Shown: one piece after another, positions 37,532-52,000 of the stretch
Layout of the letters: each line of letters begins with the position of its first letter
Position numbering within the stretch: the stretch's first letter is position 1
Assembly: GCF_030144855.1 (NCBI RefSeq)
Contig: NC_082720.1
Location: forward strand, 23,064,001-23,128,000
DNA: 64,000 nt
Origin: Hypanus sabinus
Taxonomy: Eukaryota
Direction of reading: 5' to 3'
The notes under the pieces: generated by a model
Told to the model about the DNA's origin: nothing
Database searches by the model: none
The model's input: the letters and a program-made list of their open reading frames with translations, nothing else
Made by a program: the position numbers and the translations under genes

Positions 37532-40108
37532 ATGATTTAACAGAACTAATTTCCTGTTACACGGTGAAGATCTTGGACTCTACTCGCTGCTGATATCGTC
37601 TCACTATAGCCAGTGCTCATTATCGCTTTGTTTTATCAATATTGTCTCTCCTTCAGGAGTTTCACCCTGAGGATTTCTAATAAGTAGGGTAGAGATACTA
37701 ACTACTAATTCCACTTTTAACAGTTTATACCTTTAGTTCGTTTCTATAGTTTGCTGAATTTCTATTGCTTGTCTATGCATACATCAGCCACACGTTGTAC
37801 TCATATAGCTATTTTTTCAAGTTCTTTTTCTTTTAAATTCAGTAAACCTCATTTACACCCCTTCACAGGTGGAGCTTTCTAACATTATATCTTTGGGTTT
37901 AACTATCCTGGGTTCATTTTTTCATTGCATTTCAAATGAAAAAATAATGAATGATAACCTGAGTTACACTAACTTCAAAGATAACCTGAAGAACTGCCTT
38001 GTAGGACTGTATTGTAGTGTACAGACAGGAAGATTGAACCTTGGATGCATGTTTTAATCTCCTGAGTTTGTCACAAAGGTGAGAGAGATGCTTCTTAAGA
38101 ACAGTCATCATGTCAATGTGTGGAGGATATTCTGACAACCTAATCAATCTAACCTGCTCAGAATCAAGGTACTCACTGTCTGCTGGGTGTGTTGTGAGTC
38201 TAGATGTATGGCAACATGGTTGGAATTAAGTGTGAAGCAGCGGTTGTGAAGATTCAATAAATACAGGTGAATTGCTGTTAGCTTTCTCTCCAACATTCAC
38301 ATTAGATTTTAAAGCCAAGAAGAAACAGGAAGTGAATATTTCACAACAAGACACACAACACCATTGATGGAGAGTGAATTCTATCCTGACTGGAATGTTG
38401 TTGATGTATTGTAAAAACATTGTAAACTGCCTCTACTGTAGATGAATGGCAGGGGAATAGCAGGGAGCTCTAGGAGAAAGATTCTAAGAAGATAGCGTGG
38501 AGTGCGTCTGATGGGAACATATGGACTGATGATATAAACTTGATATGCTGGATGGTCCTCTCCTGTCCACTAAGAACGCTTGAAGTAACAAAATGAATAC
38601 CATTGTTCACAATCATTCACTCAACTTCACGTGTCCCATCAGTGAACTGGTCCCACAACCTATGGACTCACATCCAAGGACTATTTAGCTCATGTCTCGA
38701 TATTTACTGCTTTTTTTTCTTTTGTATTTGCACAGTTTGTTGCCTTTTTACACCGGTTGTCCACCCAGTTGGGTCCAGTCTTTCATTGATTCTATTATGG
38801 TTATTGGATTTACTGAGTAGGCCCACAAGAAAATGAATCTCAGGTTTGTGAATGGTGATGGATAATTTCTTGGATAATGAATTTACTTTTGAATTTGTTC
38901 TTTGAATATTGGTAATATGGATAATATGCAAGATGAAAACGGCAGGGTAGTACAATGTGATACGGACAAAGAAGCATTGTCTGATATTCTGTGGGGAAGA
39001 AACTTGTGTGTGTTGAACAACCCTGTGCTGGGTGCTCTACAGAAACTTGGGGTCATCCTGTTCTTGCTGGTTTTGATGCTGCTGTCATAGGAGCATTAGA
39101 AATAGGAGCAGGGGTTGTCCATTGGATGCTCCAGCCTGCACCTCTGTTCATTAGGAATTGCAACTTCACTGCCATTTTCCAGCACTACTCTGTATTTCTG
39201 GACTCCATGTCCAAGTGTCTATCAATCCATGATTAGAACAAATACAATAACTGAGCTTCTGCAGCCCAATGATCCACCAAACCAGAAAGCTCCTCTCATC
39301 TATACCTCAGCTTCCATATTCTTTCCAGACATCTACCTTGCCATTTTCTCCACTGTTTTTCTTTTGTTCTCCCGTTCTTCTAAACTTGAATGTGCAGTCA
39401 CACTCGACTCAGTTTCTCCTCTTAGAATAACCCACTAGAACAGTATCTTCTCTGAGCTCTACCTAAGGTAAATAAATTCTTTCTTTTTGACAAGAAACCA
39501 AAACTACAACAGAGGACAGGTCCAGATCTCATATAACTGAAGTTTTGCTTCCTTACTCCTGCATTGAAACGCTCATTAATCAAGGAAAACCAGTCATTTG
39601 TCCCTACATGCTGGTCTGAATCAGTTTGTGTACCATTTTGCCAAACTCCAACACTGTCCAAACGCTGCCCACCAGGTTCAGGGACAGTTTTTATCCTTCA
39701 TCCATCAGACTCTTGAACCAGCGAGCATTACCTGACTCACCTCAACCTTGAATGCATTTCACAACCTATGAATTCACTTTCAAGGGCTTTGTATTATTTA
39801 TTTATTTACTTAGTAATACACAAAATGCAGGAAGAACTCAGCAGGTCAGACAGCATCAATGGAAAGAAATAAAGAGTCAATATTTCAAGCTGTGAGCCTT
39901 CACCAGGACTTGAAAGGAAGGGGGAAGAAGCTAGGATAAGAAGGTGGGGGAGGGGAAGGAGTACAAACCAGCTGAGGGGAAATGTATGCAGCTGGGTGGG
40001 GAGGAAGACACTGGGGTAGTGAGTCAGGTTGAATACATGGTCAGAGTGTGAGAGCAGCAGAGATTACAAAGGGGAAGCAATGTGAGGGGTTTTCACTGAA
40101 CTCCCGTC

Positions 40109-40349
40109 TGTTTTGTTTTGTAACTTCAAAACAATAAACTAATTCAAAGGAAGATGCAGGGAGTCTGAAATATGTGCTTATTCACTTTATGCGAGGCAAA
40201 ACCGTATCATGTGGTACCGTGGTGACGTATGCAATTAACATATTTTTACATATAACCCATAATTAATTATTTAAGTGAACAAGAATGCTTAATCAAACAA
40301 TACAGGTACAAGATTACTCAAATATTAGTGACATATCAGATACACAGCA
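40109..40349 (-). mobile_element. Solo LTR (241 bp) with 5-bp TSD CCRTC
   Basis: TG...CA ends; ccgtc 40104-40108 and ccatc 40350-40354. Confidence 0.7.
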
Positions 40350-40444
40350 CCATCAAGTAACTGGTTGAAGAGTCTGAGAGCAACAGAGATCACTGAGGGT
40401 CTCACTGAGCTCCCATCGAGGAGAAGATTTAAATTTCTTCAGGG

Positions 40445-43400
40445 TAGGGTTGCATCGAAGAGCGTGGACAGATCACAGTTCTGGTACAGCTTCACCTTGG
40501 TGTAGATGCTGTGCTTGGTTGATCTCCATATGTTTCTCATTGCTCTGGAGGCGCTTCTAGCTTTGCCGAGTCTGCACTACATGTCCTTCTTGGTCCCAGC
40601 GTCCCGCCGAATGATGCTGTTCGGGTAGGTGAATCTGCCGGTGCTGGATAAGTCCAAGCCATATCGTATGCCTTGACGGGAGGAGGAGACTTTACATTAA
40701 GGGTCATAGTCTCACTCTTTCTCAGGCTGACTCTGAATCCAACCTGTCCACCAATGAGACACAAGTGGTGAGTTTTCTCTTGCCATGTGCTGGTATGTAT
40801 GTGACAGTAATGTAAGGTCATTTGCACAGTCAAGTTCTTCTAAAGTTATGAATATTTGTTCACCTAATGCTTCTCTGCTTATTTTTCATTGTTTGCCTCA
40901 TAACCCAGTCAATCACCAGGGTAAATAATATTGCCAACATCACAGAGTCTTGCCTGACTCCTGTCTTGACTTCAAAGCTCAAATTGCAGTCCCAACTGTG
41001 CAGATGAAATAAGCATACAAACTCTGGATAAGTGAACAATTTTGGAAGGGATTCCATATGATCTGAGAGTTTGCTAGAGGCTCTCCCTGTGAATGCTATC
41101 AAAAGGCTTTTCAAAGTCCACAAATTTCATATACAGTTGTCACTACCACTCTGTAAACTGTTCTATGATGTTACACAGCATGGAGTTCTGATCAACACAG
41201 CCTCTGTTCCTCCTGAAGGCAGTTTTCCCTTTCCTCAAGAACACATCGACAATATCTGCAACTCATTGGACAATCACTTTGGTAAGAATCACTTAGAACT
41301 CCTTTCTTGGAGATCCTAACGATAACTCCCTTTGTCCAGTTCTTGGGTGCTTGCTCCCATTCCCCGATTATAGTAAACAGTGTTTGCAGGATGGTTGCTG
41401 CAACTTTTGGTTCAGTTTTGAACAGCTCAGCAATCAAATTATTTGTTGGGGTCCGGTCCCAAGCCCGCCTTCCAGGTCTTGCTCTGCTCTGCGGACTCTG
41501 GACTCTGGGCCTTGCAGCCAGCCCTCCTGTCACACGGAGCCATTGGATCATCTTGGCTTAAGGAGGGACACCAGTTGCCTATTAGGGGGCAGGTGTTTAT
41601 AAGGGGCTCAGACCCCTAGTTGTGGGGTTGTTATCCTCTGAAGTTGGTTTAACCTGCTCTGTACCTGGGCTGCTGGCTCTGAATCTTGTCTGTATCCTGT
41701 TCTACCCTGGTTACCACCCTGCTTGGAATCTTGCTCTGCCCTGGTTGCTGGTCTGTTCTGTATATGCTCTATCTGGTTGGTCTTGTTCCCCTGCTTCTCT
41801 CCTGTGCACTGGTCCTGCTGTTCTGACTTATTCTTCTTGCTTGTGCTGCCATGCTGTTGGTTGCCTTTCCCAATTTATCTGTATATCATGGTAGTCCTGC
41901 TGCTCACCCTGGACCCAGTTTCCTTCTGATCCCTTGCTTCTGTTGGGCAAGTCTGGCTGGACTGCTGCTGCCTGATGGGGGTTCTACCCCTTCCTACCTG
42001 TTGCCTCTTTTGGGGAGGTCTGGCTGGACTGCTGCTGCCTGGTGGGGGTTTGGCCCCTACCTACCTGTTGCCTCTGTTGGGTAGGTCTGGCTGAACTGCT
42101 GCTGCCCAGTGGAGGTTCTGCCCTTTCCACCTATTGCTCCCTAAGGGTTGTGCCCTGCACCTGCCCAGGTGTCTGTGACTGGCCCAGGCCTCTGAGCTTT
42201 TTCACCTGGGAGGTGTCCCTGCCCAAGATCCATGTGGCCTGACATGTGGAATCCTCCTGCCCTGCCTCAAATGAACTCTGGGATTCTCCTGCCCTGCCTC
42301 AAATGAACTCTGGGATTCTCCTGCCCTGCCTGACCTCTGTGATCTAGCTCCACCTGCCTTACCTTTTACATGCCATGGCATCCCCATCCTGTCCTACCCC
42401 TAGTACTTCAGTGTCTGCGTCCTGCGTTTGGGTCCATCTGGCCCCCGTTCCTGACAGTATTATAAAGCTGGAACCTTGCTGTTTTTTAATGATTTAATCG
42501 CAGCAACAATTTCTTCTTTCTTGGGTGGATCTGTATTGATGTTGAGGTCCTCTGCTACATCTTATGTCAGATTCTTCATTTGATGGTCATCTATTCAGTA
42601 ATTCTCTGAAAGACTCTGTCCATCATACCACTAGCTCTTTCTCAGTTGTCAAATGCAGATCGTTCTTATCTCTCATGGGACCACTGGACCTGGCCTGGCA
42701 CTTTCCGCAGACCAATTTTGCATATATTTCCATGATCACCTGAATTGGCTGCTGTTTTGGCTTTCTCTGCTAGGTTTTCAATGTAGACTCTCTTATCCTT
42801 TCTTACAAATCTCTTCACTTCCTTGTTAGAATCAGTGAAAGCCTGTTGAAGTTCCACCTTAATGCCTATTGACTTTGCATCTAATAATTTCTTCTTAATT
42901 TTCCACCTTTCTTCTAAAGCTGTCCATGTTACCTGTTGTATCCATTCTGTGTTCTTCTTTGTGGCTCTGTGTCCCAGACAAGCCTCACAGTTCTCCTTGA
43001 AGAGCAAGGCAATCCATTTCCACATTGTGTCAGTCTTGTCTACTGACACATCCTCGTCAAGGTCTGGAGTCTGTTCTTAAGCTGATTGGTGAAGATGATC
43101 TCACACTGGTGTCCTTGAGCTCTTCAACATCAAAACATCTTCGTACATGTGTTTTAGCCCCAGTGCTTCTCAGTTTGAGTGCTACAACAAGGTGGCGATC
43201 ACTTCCTGTATCTACTTCTCCTTTCAGCTTTACATCCTGCAAGGATCGTCTCCAAGTACCATTGATCATGAAATGGTCAATCTGATTCTTGTCTTGTCCA
43301 TGGGATGAGCACTAACTCAGTTTGGAGATTTCACAGTGTGGAGCGAGGATCCCTCCTTTGACCAGATGGTTCACGGCACAAAATTCCACCAGTCTTTCAC

Positions 43401-44283
43401 CATTGTTATTCATCGTTCCACATCCATGCGTGCCCATGACCCTAGAGAAGTGTGAGTTGTTATTTCCCACTTTAGTGTTTAGATCTCCCTTGACGATGAT
43501 TATGTCAGGATGTGGTGTTAACTCTACCTCCGACTGCAGTTGTTTGTAGAAGATATCCTTTTCTTCAATGCCACTATTGTTAGTTGGAGCATAGCACTGG
43601 ATCACAGTCATGTTCACTTGCTTCACTTTTATGCTGACTCTCATCAGCCTACTGTTGATTGGTTTCCACTCCAGCAAGCACTTCTCAACGCCTTTCTTCA
43701 AAATGACAGCCACACCATCATGATGCTGCCCATTTTCCCATCCTGAGTCTAAAACTGTTTCACCAGTTGCTGCCTTTAGTCTGTCAGACCCTGTCCATGT
43801 GCTTTCACTGACACCCAGTATATGCAGGTTGTAACAACACATTCCTGCAGTTATTTGTGCTGGCTTTCCAGTGTTGTACATGGTTTGTACATTCCAAAAA
43901 AAAGTTTGGCCTTGGTCTTGGTGGTGCTCAGGGCTTCCTTCATCGTGCCAGTAGCTTCCTCTTGGTTTTCACTACTGTCAGTCATGCAGATCCCGGGTGG
44001 AGACTAGGAATACAGTTGCACACAGATATAGAAGGATTCTTCATTTCTGTTTTCGTAACCATTGTTTTTGACCAATAAGGGTTGTTAGTCCTGGTTTGAA
44101 TTCATGAACCTGGAGGACCAGTGGACCACTCTTGGTCTGACCTCTACCTTTATAACTGTTTGGCATGGGTGACCCTTCTAAGAGTCAAAGCACGGAGCCC
44201 TCACTCCAGTCAACGTAGCTCTCCAGGTCATTGAGGCATGCAAGCCTCCGAGCCCTAAGACAAGGTTGTGGTCCTCTTGGAGG
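40445..44283 (-). mobile_element. RTE-clade LINE, near full span, decayed and internally deleted
   Basis: Minus ORF 43312-43881 endonuclease (LGVSE..W.GS..TVIQCYAPT..GDLNTKVG); ELFKTEPKVAATIL; FEVKTGVRQ; RTE-type 5' UTR near 44150-44280. Confidence 0.85.
41444..42456 (+). mobile_element. Solo LTR (~1 kb, Gypsy-like) nested in the RTE, with internal tandem repeats
   Basis: TGTTGGG...CCTGACA ends; ttatt/gtatt imperfect TSD; ~31-bp unit repeated at ~42253-42330. Confidence 0.75.
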
Positions 44284-44289
44284 CAACAG

Positions 44290-45490
44290 TGGAAAGGGTG
44301 AGCATTTTCAAGTTCCTGTGTGTCAACATTTCTGAAAATCTATCCAGGGCCCAACATATTGATGCAATAAAGAAGAAGGCATGGCAGTAGCTATATATAA
44401 TAACAAGATAGGTTTGTCACCCAAAGCCTCTAGCAAATTTCTACAGATGTACTGTGGCAGTAGCTATATATAATAACAAGATAAAGGAGATTTGGTTTGT
44501 CACCCAAAGCCTCTAGCAAATTTCTACAGATGTACTGCGGTTGCAATTCTCTGGCACTGAGGGGCCACTGCACAGGATCAGAGAAAGCCACAGAGCCAGC
44601 TCCATCATGGACACTAGCCTCCCCAACAATGAGGCCATCTTCAAAAGGTGATGCCTCAAAAATGCAGCATCTATCATCAAGGACCGAGAAAATGCTTTTC
44701 TCCTTGGGTGACTGTAGAAGGCAGGTACACAGTACACAACATTCAGCTCCATTGCCATTGATGAACTCATTGATGGGGTAGATGCCAGTATATGATGTTC
44801 TTAATTTCCAGTAGGGTCTTAAGACCATAAAAAAGACATAAAGGGCAAACAACTAAACCTTTGTTTGAACCTGGAATGCTCACTGTGACCGAGCGTGCCG
44901 CCAAATGGTGCAAATGTTTGTCTTGGATGATCTACTTGTGATTGCAAGACCCTGTTGGACATTGATGATGTAGATTACTGCAAATCTAGATCATCTTCCA
45001 CTGTAAATCTAGTTCACTGGTTCGACAGCAGGGCAGCTGCTTCTCCAGGTCATTTTGCCAGGGCAGCCACTCGGGAGAGGTGATTCTGGAGGCAGGGCGC
45101 CATGCTAGGCATCTAGGCAAGGTTGTTCCCACCATTGCTGCCACCCTCCAGTGTTCAGATGGTGGAAGATAAACTGGACTGAGTAGGCCTGCATCTGCAA
45201 AAACACGTACCGGGGAACTGCTGTGTGCTTGTTCTTGCAGAAACATGGCTCCAGAACAACATCCAAGCATCATCAATCTACAGCCATGATACTCAGGGAG
45301 CTGGGCTGTGTTTTTTTTTGTGACTGTATGCTTTACTGTTATCATAATTATGTGTGCTACATGTGACTTGTGCTGTGTGTGTGTCTGTTAGTAACATGTT
45401 TTGCACCTGGGCCTGGGAGGAACACTGCTTCATTTGGCTGTATTCATTTGTATGGTTGAATGACAATTAAAGTGGAACTTGAACTTAGTA
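44290..45490 (+). mobile_element. Rex1/Babar-like fragments with ~72-bp local tandem duplication (44383-44540)
   Basis: Similar to 59400-59800; duplicated ggcagtagctatatataataacaagata...ctacagatgtactg. Confidence 0.6.
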
Positions 45491-45798
45491 TTACCATCAG
45501 GGAGGAGGCCATTGATCCCGAAGACACACACTCAGCATTTTAGAAACAGTTTCTTTCTTTCGGCCATCAGATTTCTGAATAGCCTGTGAACCCATACAAA
45601 CTACGTCACAATTTTTGCTCTCTTTTTGCACTACTGATTCACTTTTACATAGATTTCTTATTATAATTTATAGCATATTTTATGAATTGCACAGTACAGC
45701 TGCCACAGAACAACAAATTTTATAATATATGTCACTGATAATCAACCTGCTTCTGTTTTCACCAAAATGAAAATAAATTAACTTTTCTTTTCTTACAG

Positions 45799-45846
45799 AG
45801 ACTAGCACAGACCACGGAAATGATACCGACCCATTTAGATCTGAAT
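45799..45846 (+). CDS. Candidate mucin-stalk exon (TSTDHGNDTDPFRSE), paralogue of the 18011 exon
   Basis: Acceptor taaattaacttttcttttcttacag nearly identical to that of 18011; donor T|GTCAGT; phase 1-1; N-D-T sequon. Confidence 0.7.
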
Positions 45847-46110
45847 GTCAGTCTAAACCTTCCAGACATTACTAATCACATTCTCATCTCTAATGTTGTT
45901 GGCTTCATTTGCATAAGCAGGACCTTTTGACTATCGATGATGAAAGTGGACAACTTTGTCTTGAAATTAAGTTTATTTAATTATTTTATACCAAAACCCT
46001 AAAAATTATCATTATTTTAATATCAGAATGAGAATCAGGTTTATTATCACTAACATATACATGAAATTTCTGGCTGCCGTACAGAGCAAGACATGAAAGT
46101 TACAAATATT

Positions 46111-46580
46111 CATTCACTGGCCACTTTATTAGGTACACCTGTGCAGCTGCTCATTAATGCAAATATCTAATCAGTCAATCATGTGGCAGCAACTCAAAGC
46201 ATAAAAAGCAGGTAGACATGGTCAAGAGGGGAAATAAATATAATCTAAGTCACTTTGACCTGGGAATGAATATTGGGGCCAGAGGAGGTGCTTTCAGTAT
46301 CTCAGAAACTGCTGATCTTCTTGTATTTTCACATACAGCAATCTCTAGAGTTTTCAGAGAATGGTACAATAAACAAAAAACACTTTGCTAATGAGAGAGG
46401 TCAGAGAAGAATGTTCAAGCTGATAGGAGTGTGACAGGAATTCAAATAACTACGTTACAAAAGTGGTGTGCAGAATAATATCTCTGAATGCTCAACACAT
46501 TGAACCTTGAAATGGACGGGCTACAGCAGCTGAAGACCTAAAACATACTGTCTGTGGCCACTTTATTAGGTACAGGAGAT
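46111..46580 (+). mobile_element. Non-autonomous Tc1-like remnant
   Basis: tggccactttattaggtaca at 46118 and ~46554, with decayed Tc1-type leader between. Confidence 0.5.
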
Positions 46581-46659
46581 ACAGGAGTGTGTGTATATAA
46601 ATTACGCACAAGAGGAATAGTGAGGAAATGTGAATGAATCTTTCAGAAATCTAACGGTG

Positions 46660-48270
46660 GAAGGGAAGTGGCTGTCCTAAATTGTTGACTGTGTGTCTTC
46701 AGGCTCCTCTAACCCCCAGCAATGGCAGTAGCGAGAAGAGGACATGTCCCAGATGGTGAAGGTCCTTAATGATTAATGTCTCCTTCTTAAGGCACTATTT
46801 TTTGAGGATTCCCTCGACGGTGGGGAGGGTTGTGCCCATGATGGAGCTGACTGAGCCTACAACACTCTGTACCCTGTTGCAATCACGTGCACTGGAACTT
46901 CCATAACAGGCGGTGGTGAAACCAGTAGGAATGTTCCCCACTGTTCATCTGTAGAAATGAGCAAGTCTTTGGTGATATACCAAATCTCCTCACAATCCTA
47001 ATGAGGTTTAGCCATTGTATGTCGCCTTCATGATCACATCAACGTGTTGGACCCAGGAAAGATTCTTGATAGGAACTTGAACCACTCAACCTTTCTACAG
47101 ATGGCCCCTCAATGATGGTTCCAAGACCTTGGCCTTAAAACTGCCTTGTTCCTTCCTTGCAGACCCCAGTCGGTTCAGATTAGCAACATCTCCTCCATGA
47201 TCTCGATTAACACAGGTGCATCACAAAGCTGTATGCATAGACCCCTGCTCTACTTGCTACACACTTTTGACTGAGCGGCTAAGCACAGCTCCAGTGCCAT
47301 ATTCTAGTTTGCGGATGACATCACTGTTGTAGGCCAAGTCAAAGATGGTGATGAATCAGCATATAGGAAGGAGATTGAAAATCTAACTGAGTGGTGCCAC
47401 AGTGACAATCTCTTACTCAATATCAGTAAGACCAAGGAGATGATTATTGACTTCAGGAGGAGAAATCCCTGAGCGAGTCCTCATCAGAGGATCAGAGAGT
47501 TTGGCTACTTTAAATTCCTTGGTGTAATTATTTTGGAGGACCTGTTCTCGACCCAATACGCAAGTGCAAATGTGAAAAACCACGACGGTGCTTCTATTTC
47601 CTTAGGAATTTGTGGAAATTTGACATGACATCTGAAATTTTGAAAAACTTCCGCAGATGTGTGGTGGAGAGCATATTGACTGGTATGGAGATGACAAAGC
47701 CATTGATTGGAAAATCCTACAAAAAGTAATGGATACGGCCTTATCCATCACAATTAATGCCCACCCGACCACTGAGTGCATCTACAAGAAGCTCTGTCAC
47801 AGGAAAGCAACATCCACCATCAGGGAGCCCCACCACCTGAGAGATGCTCTCTTCTCATAGCTACCATCAGGAAGAAAGTACAGGTACCTGGGGACTCACA
47901 CCACCAGGTTCAGGAACAGTTATTACCCCTCAACCATCAGACTCTTGAACCAAAGAGGGTAACCTCGCTCGATTTCACTTGCCCAATCATTAAAATGTTC
48001 CCTCAAACAATGGACTCACTTTCAAGGACTCTTCATCTCAGGTTCTGGATATTTATTGCTTATTTATGTATTATTATTAATTCTTTCTTTTCACATTTTC
48101 TCAGTTTGTTGTCGTCTGCTCTCTGGTCGAATGTCCAAGTTGGGCAGTCTTTCGTTGATTCTGTTAGGGTTATTATTCTATAGATTTATTGAGTATGTCC
48201 ACAGGAAAATGAACCACACAGTTGTAAATGGTGACCTGCATGTATTTAGATAAGAAACATACTTTGAACT
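46660..48270. mobile_element. Rex1/Babar-like fragments (minus ~46660-47100, plus ~47160-48270)
   Basis: tttgcggatgac (FADD) near 47310; CSLLIATIRKKVQVP frame equivalent of the Rex 3' end. Confidence 0.65.
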
Positions 48271-49039
48271 TTGCGGACTGTTATGTGTTCTCCAGACTTC
48301 CCTTTCCTAATGCCCACCATCAATTCCATGGTCTATTGCAAGAGAGTGGGTTTGAAATGTTTGCATTTAAAATGAAAGTAAGCTGTTAATAAAGTTACTT
48401 TCACACATCACCAGAACATCCCAAAGCACTGACATCCAAGATGGACCTGCTTCAGCAAAAACCCATGTGCTAATGATCAGATATAGATTGTATTGTAGAT
48501 TCTTAATGGATTCTGATTGAAGACTAATTAACAGCCATAAACTGACATCATCTCTTACTTTTCAAAACAAGGTTGGAATTGAAATACACTGACAGACTTT
48601 GAAAAATTCACAGAATAGGTACATTCCAACAGGAAAGAAAAATACCACATGTAAGTAAACGAGAGGTCATAAGTTTCAGGAGAGAGGGGAATGATTTAAA
48701 GGTGTCGAGGGGAGCACGTTTTTCACACACACTCTAGTGCTTGCATGAAATGAACTGCCAGAGAAAAAGTTGGGACAAAGGTCCTTTTCTCATGTCATAT
48801 ACATCAATTAATCTATACGGAATATGAAAACTGATGGTAGGTGATCTTGTAGATATTTCCAAACAGAAATGAGGATTAACCAAGTGAGCATTGTTTTGTG
48901 GAAAAGAATGTTGGGGAATTCATAATAGAAAACAAGGGATGGCAATTGATAAAACAAATATTTTGCTTAAATCTTCACTGTGTAGGATACAAATAACATC
49001 TTTATTTGTGAGAGAGTGACATCTTGTAGAGCTGGAGCC

Positions 49040-52000
49040 ATCTCATTGGGAGTGAGTGATAGTTTGAGCCAATTTAAATAAAGCAGCTGTAAGCAGAGCG
49101 GCCATTGTGTGAGTGGAACAGTGTTAGGGTGGTCCAGCTTTGATACAACAGGCTTGGGCCAGAACCTGCTTGGACAAGAACCTACTTGGACAAACACAGA
49201 CACAGTTTCTAAGTAATTTTCAAGTAATTTTTTTCAAAATATTAGTACATAACTAGTCTGCTGTGAATGAGTCCAAATTTTGTGGTATGTTCCTTGTGTG
49301 AGATGTGGGAACTTTGGGAGACCTTCAGTTTCCCTGATAACTACATCTGCATGAAGTGCACTGAGCAGCAGCTCCTTAGAGTCCATGTTAAAGAGCTGAA
49401 GCTGCAGCTTGACGGCCTTTGGCTCATACAGAAAGTTGAGGAGGTGATAGATGGATTCTTGGATCATTGGTCTCTCTTTCAGGGAAGATGGGATCTGTAC
49501 ACAAGGGACAGTCTGCACCTGTATAGGATGGGGACTTATATCCTAGCGAGAAGGTGTTCTCGTGCTGCATGGTGGGGAATGCAGTTTAAACTAGAGTTGC
49601 AGGGGGATGGGAACCAGAGCACCAGAATGGATAGTGCTGTGGTTGTGAAGAAAGATGTTGTTAAGTCTACAGAAAAGGCTAGGAATCAAAAGATTGATCA
49701 TACTGAGACTAATATTCTAAGATGCATATATTACAATACAAGGAGTACTGTGGGAAAGGCGAAGAACTTAAGGTGTGGATCAGCAAGTGGAATTATGATG
49801 TCGTAGCCATTAGTTTGCAGGAGGGGCAAGACGAGCAACTCAGTGTTCCGGGATTCCGTTGTTTTAATAAATATAGAATGAGAGGGATTAAAGGGGGAAA
49901 GATAACATTACTATTCAGGGAAAATATCATGGTAGTACTCAGTCAGGACAGACCAAGGAACTCATCCAGTCAGTCCTTATGGGTAAAACTGAGGAATAAG
50001 AAAAGTATGACAATGTTAATTGGATTATATTATAGAACACCCAACAGTCAGCCGGATTTAGTGAAGCGAATTTGTAGAGATCGCACGTTGTTGCAAAAGA
50101 TGTATAGTTGTGTTAATAGGTGATTTTAACTTTCCACACATTGACCAGGACTCCCATACCATGAAAGGGCTGGATGGGAGGCATATATCAAATGTGTTTA
50201 GGAAAGTTTACTTAATCAGAACATAGGAGTCCCAAGCAGAGAGAGTGTGTTATTAGATCTCCTAATAGGGAATGAGACAGTGCAGGTGACAGAATTTTGT
50301 GCTGGGGAACATTTGGTATATTGTGAACATACTGCCATTAGCTTCGAGGTAATTATGGTAAAGGATAGTTCTGGTTGAGTTTCTAAATTGGAGAAAGGCC
50401 AATTTTGATGGTATCAGGAAGGATCTGGCAAGTGTGGATTAGAATAGGTTGCTTTCTAGCGAAGCTGTACTTGGTAAGTGGGAGGCCTTCAGAAGTAAAA
50501 TCTGAGTGTACAGAATGTGTATATTTATGTCAGAATAAAAGGGAAGAATAACAGGTTCATGTTGGAGGACCAACACCTTATATTCTGTCTAGGAACATTG
50601 ATTTCTCCAAAATCCCATAATTTTTCCCCTCCTCCTTTCCTCTCCTGATCTGTTGAGTTCCTCTGGCATTTTGTGTGTGTTGCGCAGATTTAAGCAGATA
50701 GTTTGAAGTGAATAACTCATCTCCTTCTACCTTAGGCCACACACATATCAATCACCCCTGCTGTGGACACTTTCTGGAGGTCCAAGATCTGTATGCTCCA
50801 CATCCACCGGACTAAGTGTGTAAATGTAAGAGGGGACTATGTTGAAAAATAAATGTGCTAGGTTTTCTAAAATTGACTCCTCTACCTTAGGCCACAATCT
50901 TATCAATCACCCCTCGTATGTTAAGAGCAAAGGGATGGCAAGGGAGATAATTGATCTTCTGTAAAATCAGAGTGGTAATCTCTGAGGAGCTGAAAGAGTT
51001 GAGGAAAAGCCTAAATTGACTTTTTGTACCTGTATTTACTTGATTGACAAGACACAGAGTCTATAGATGTGAGGAAATGCAGCAGTGAGGTCATGCACAC
51101 TATACAGATTACAGAGGAGCAGATGTTTGCTGCCTTGAGGCACACTAGGATCGATAAATCCCCCAGTCCTGACAAGGTGTTCCCTCAGACCCTGAGGGAG
51201 GCTAGTGAAAAAATTGCAAGGGTCCTAGTTGAGACATTTAAAACATCCTTAGCCATGGATGTGGTGCCAGAGGATTGGAGGATAGCTATTGCTGTTCCAT
51301 TGTTTATGAAAGGCTCTAAGAATAAGCCAGGAAATTATAGACTGGTAAACTTGACATTAGTCATGGGAATGTTATTGGAAGCTTTTCAAAGGGACTGAAT
51401 ATATGATTATTTGGATAGACAAGGGGTAATTAGGGATAGTTACCATGGCTTTGTGCATGGTAGGTCATGTCTAAATAATCTTTTAGTTTATTTCAAAGGA
51501 AATTACCAAAAACGTGGATGAAGGCAAGACAGTAGATATTGTCAATGTGGACTTCAGCAAGGCACAAGAGGTTGGTCAAGAAGATGAGTTTGTAAATTTG
51601 ATTAGACATTGGCTTTGCGAGTGAATCCAGCGAGATGGTTGCCTCTCTGACTGGAGGCCCGTGACCAGTTCATTGCCACAGGGATTGCCACAGACTTGTT
51701 GGGCCCTTTGTTGTTTGTCATCTATTCAATGATCTCGATGATAATGTGCTTAACCAGATCAGCAAATTTCTGGATGACTCAGAGACTGGGGGTCTAGTAG
51801 AAAACTATCAAAGCTTGCAGCAGTATCTGGACTAGCTGGAAAATGGGCTGAAAAATGGCAGATAGAACTTAATGCAGACAAGTGTGAGGTGTTGCACTTT
51901 GGGAGGATCAACCAGGGTAGGTCTTACACAGTGATCAGTAGGGAACGAGCAGTGTGGTAGAACAGAGGGATCTGGAAATACAAATCCATAATTCCTTGAA

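Noticed and set aside
42253-42330. Repeat array resembling CRISPR
   Set aside because: Spacerless tandem repeat inside a solo LTR; vertebrate DNA with no cas genes
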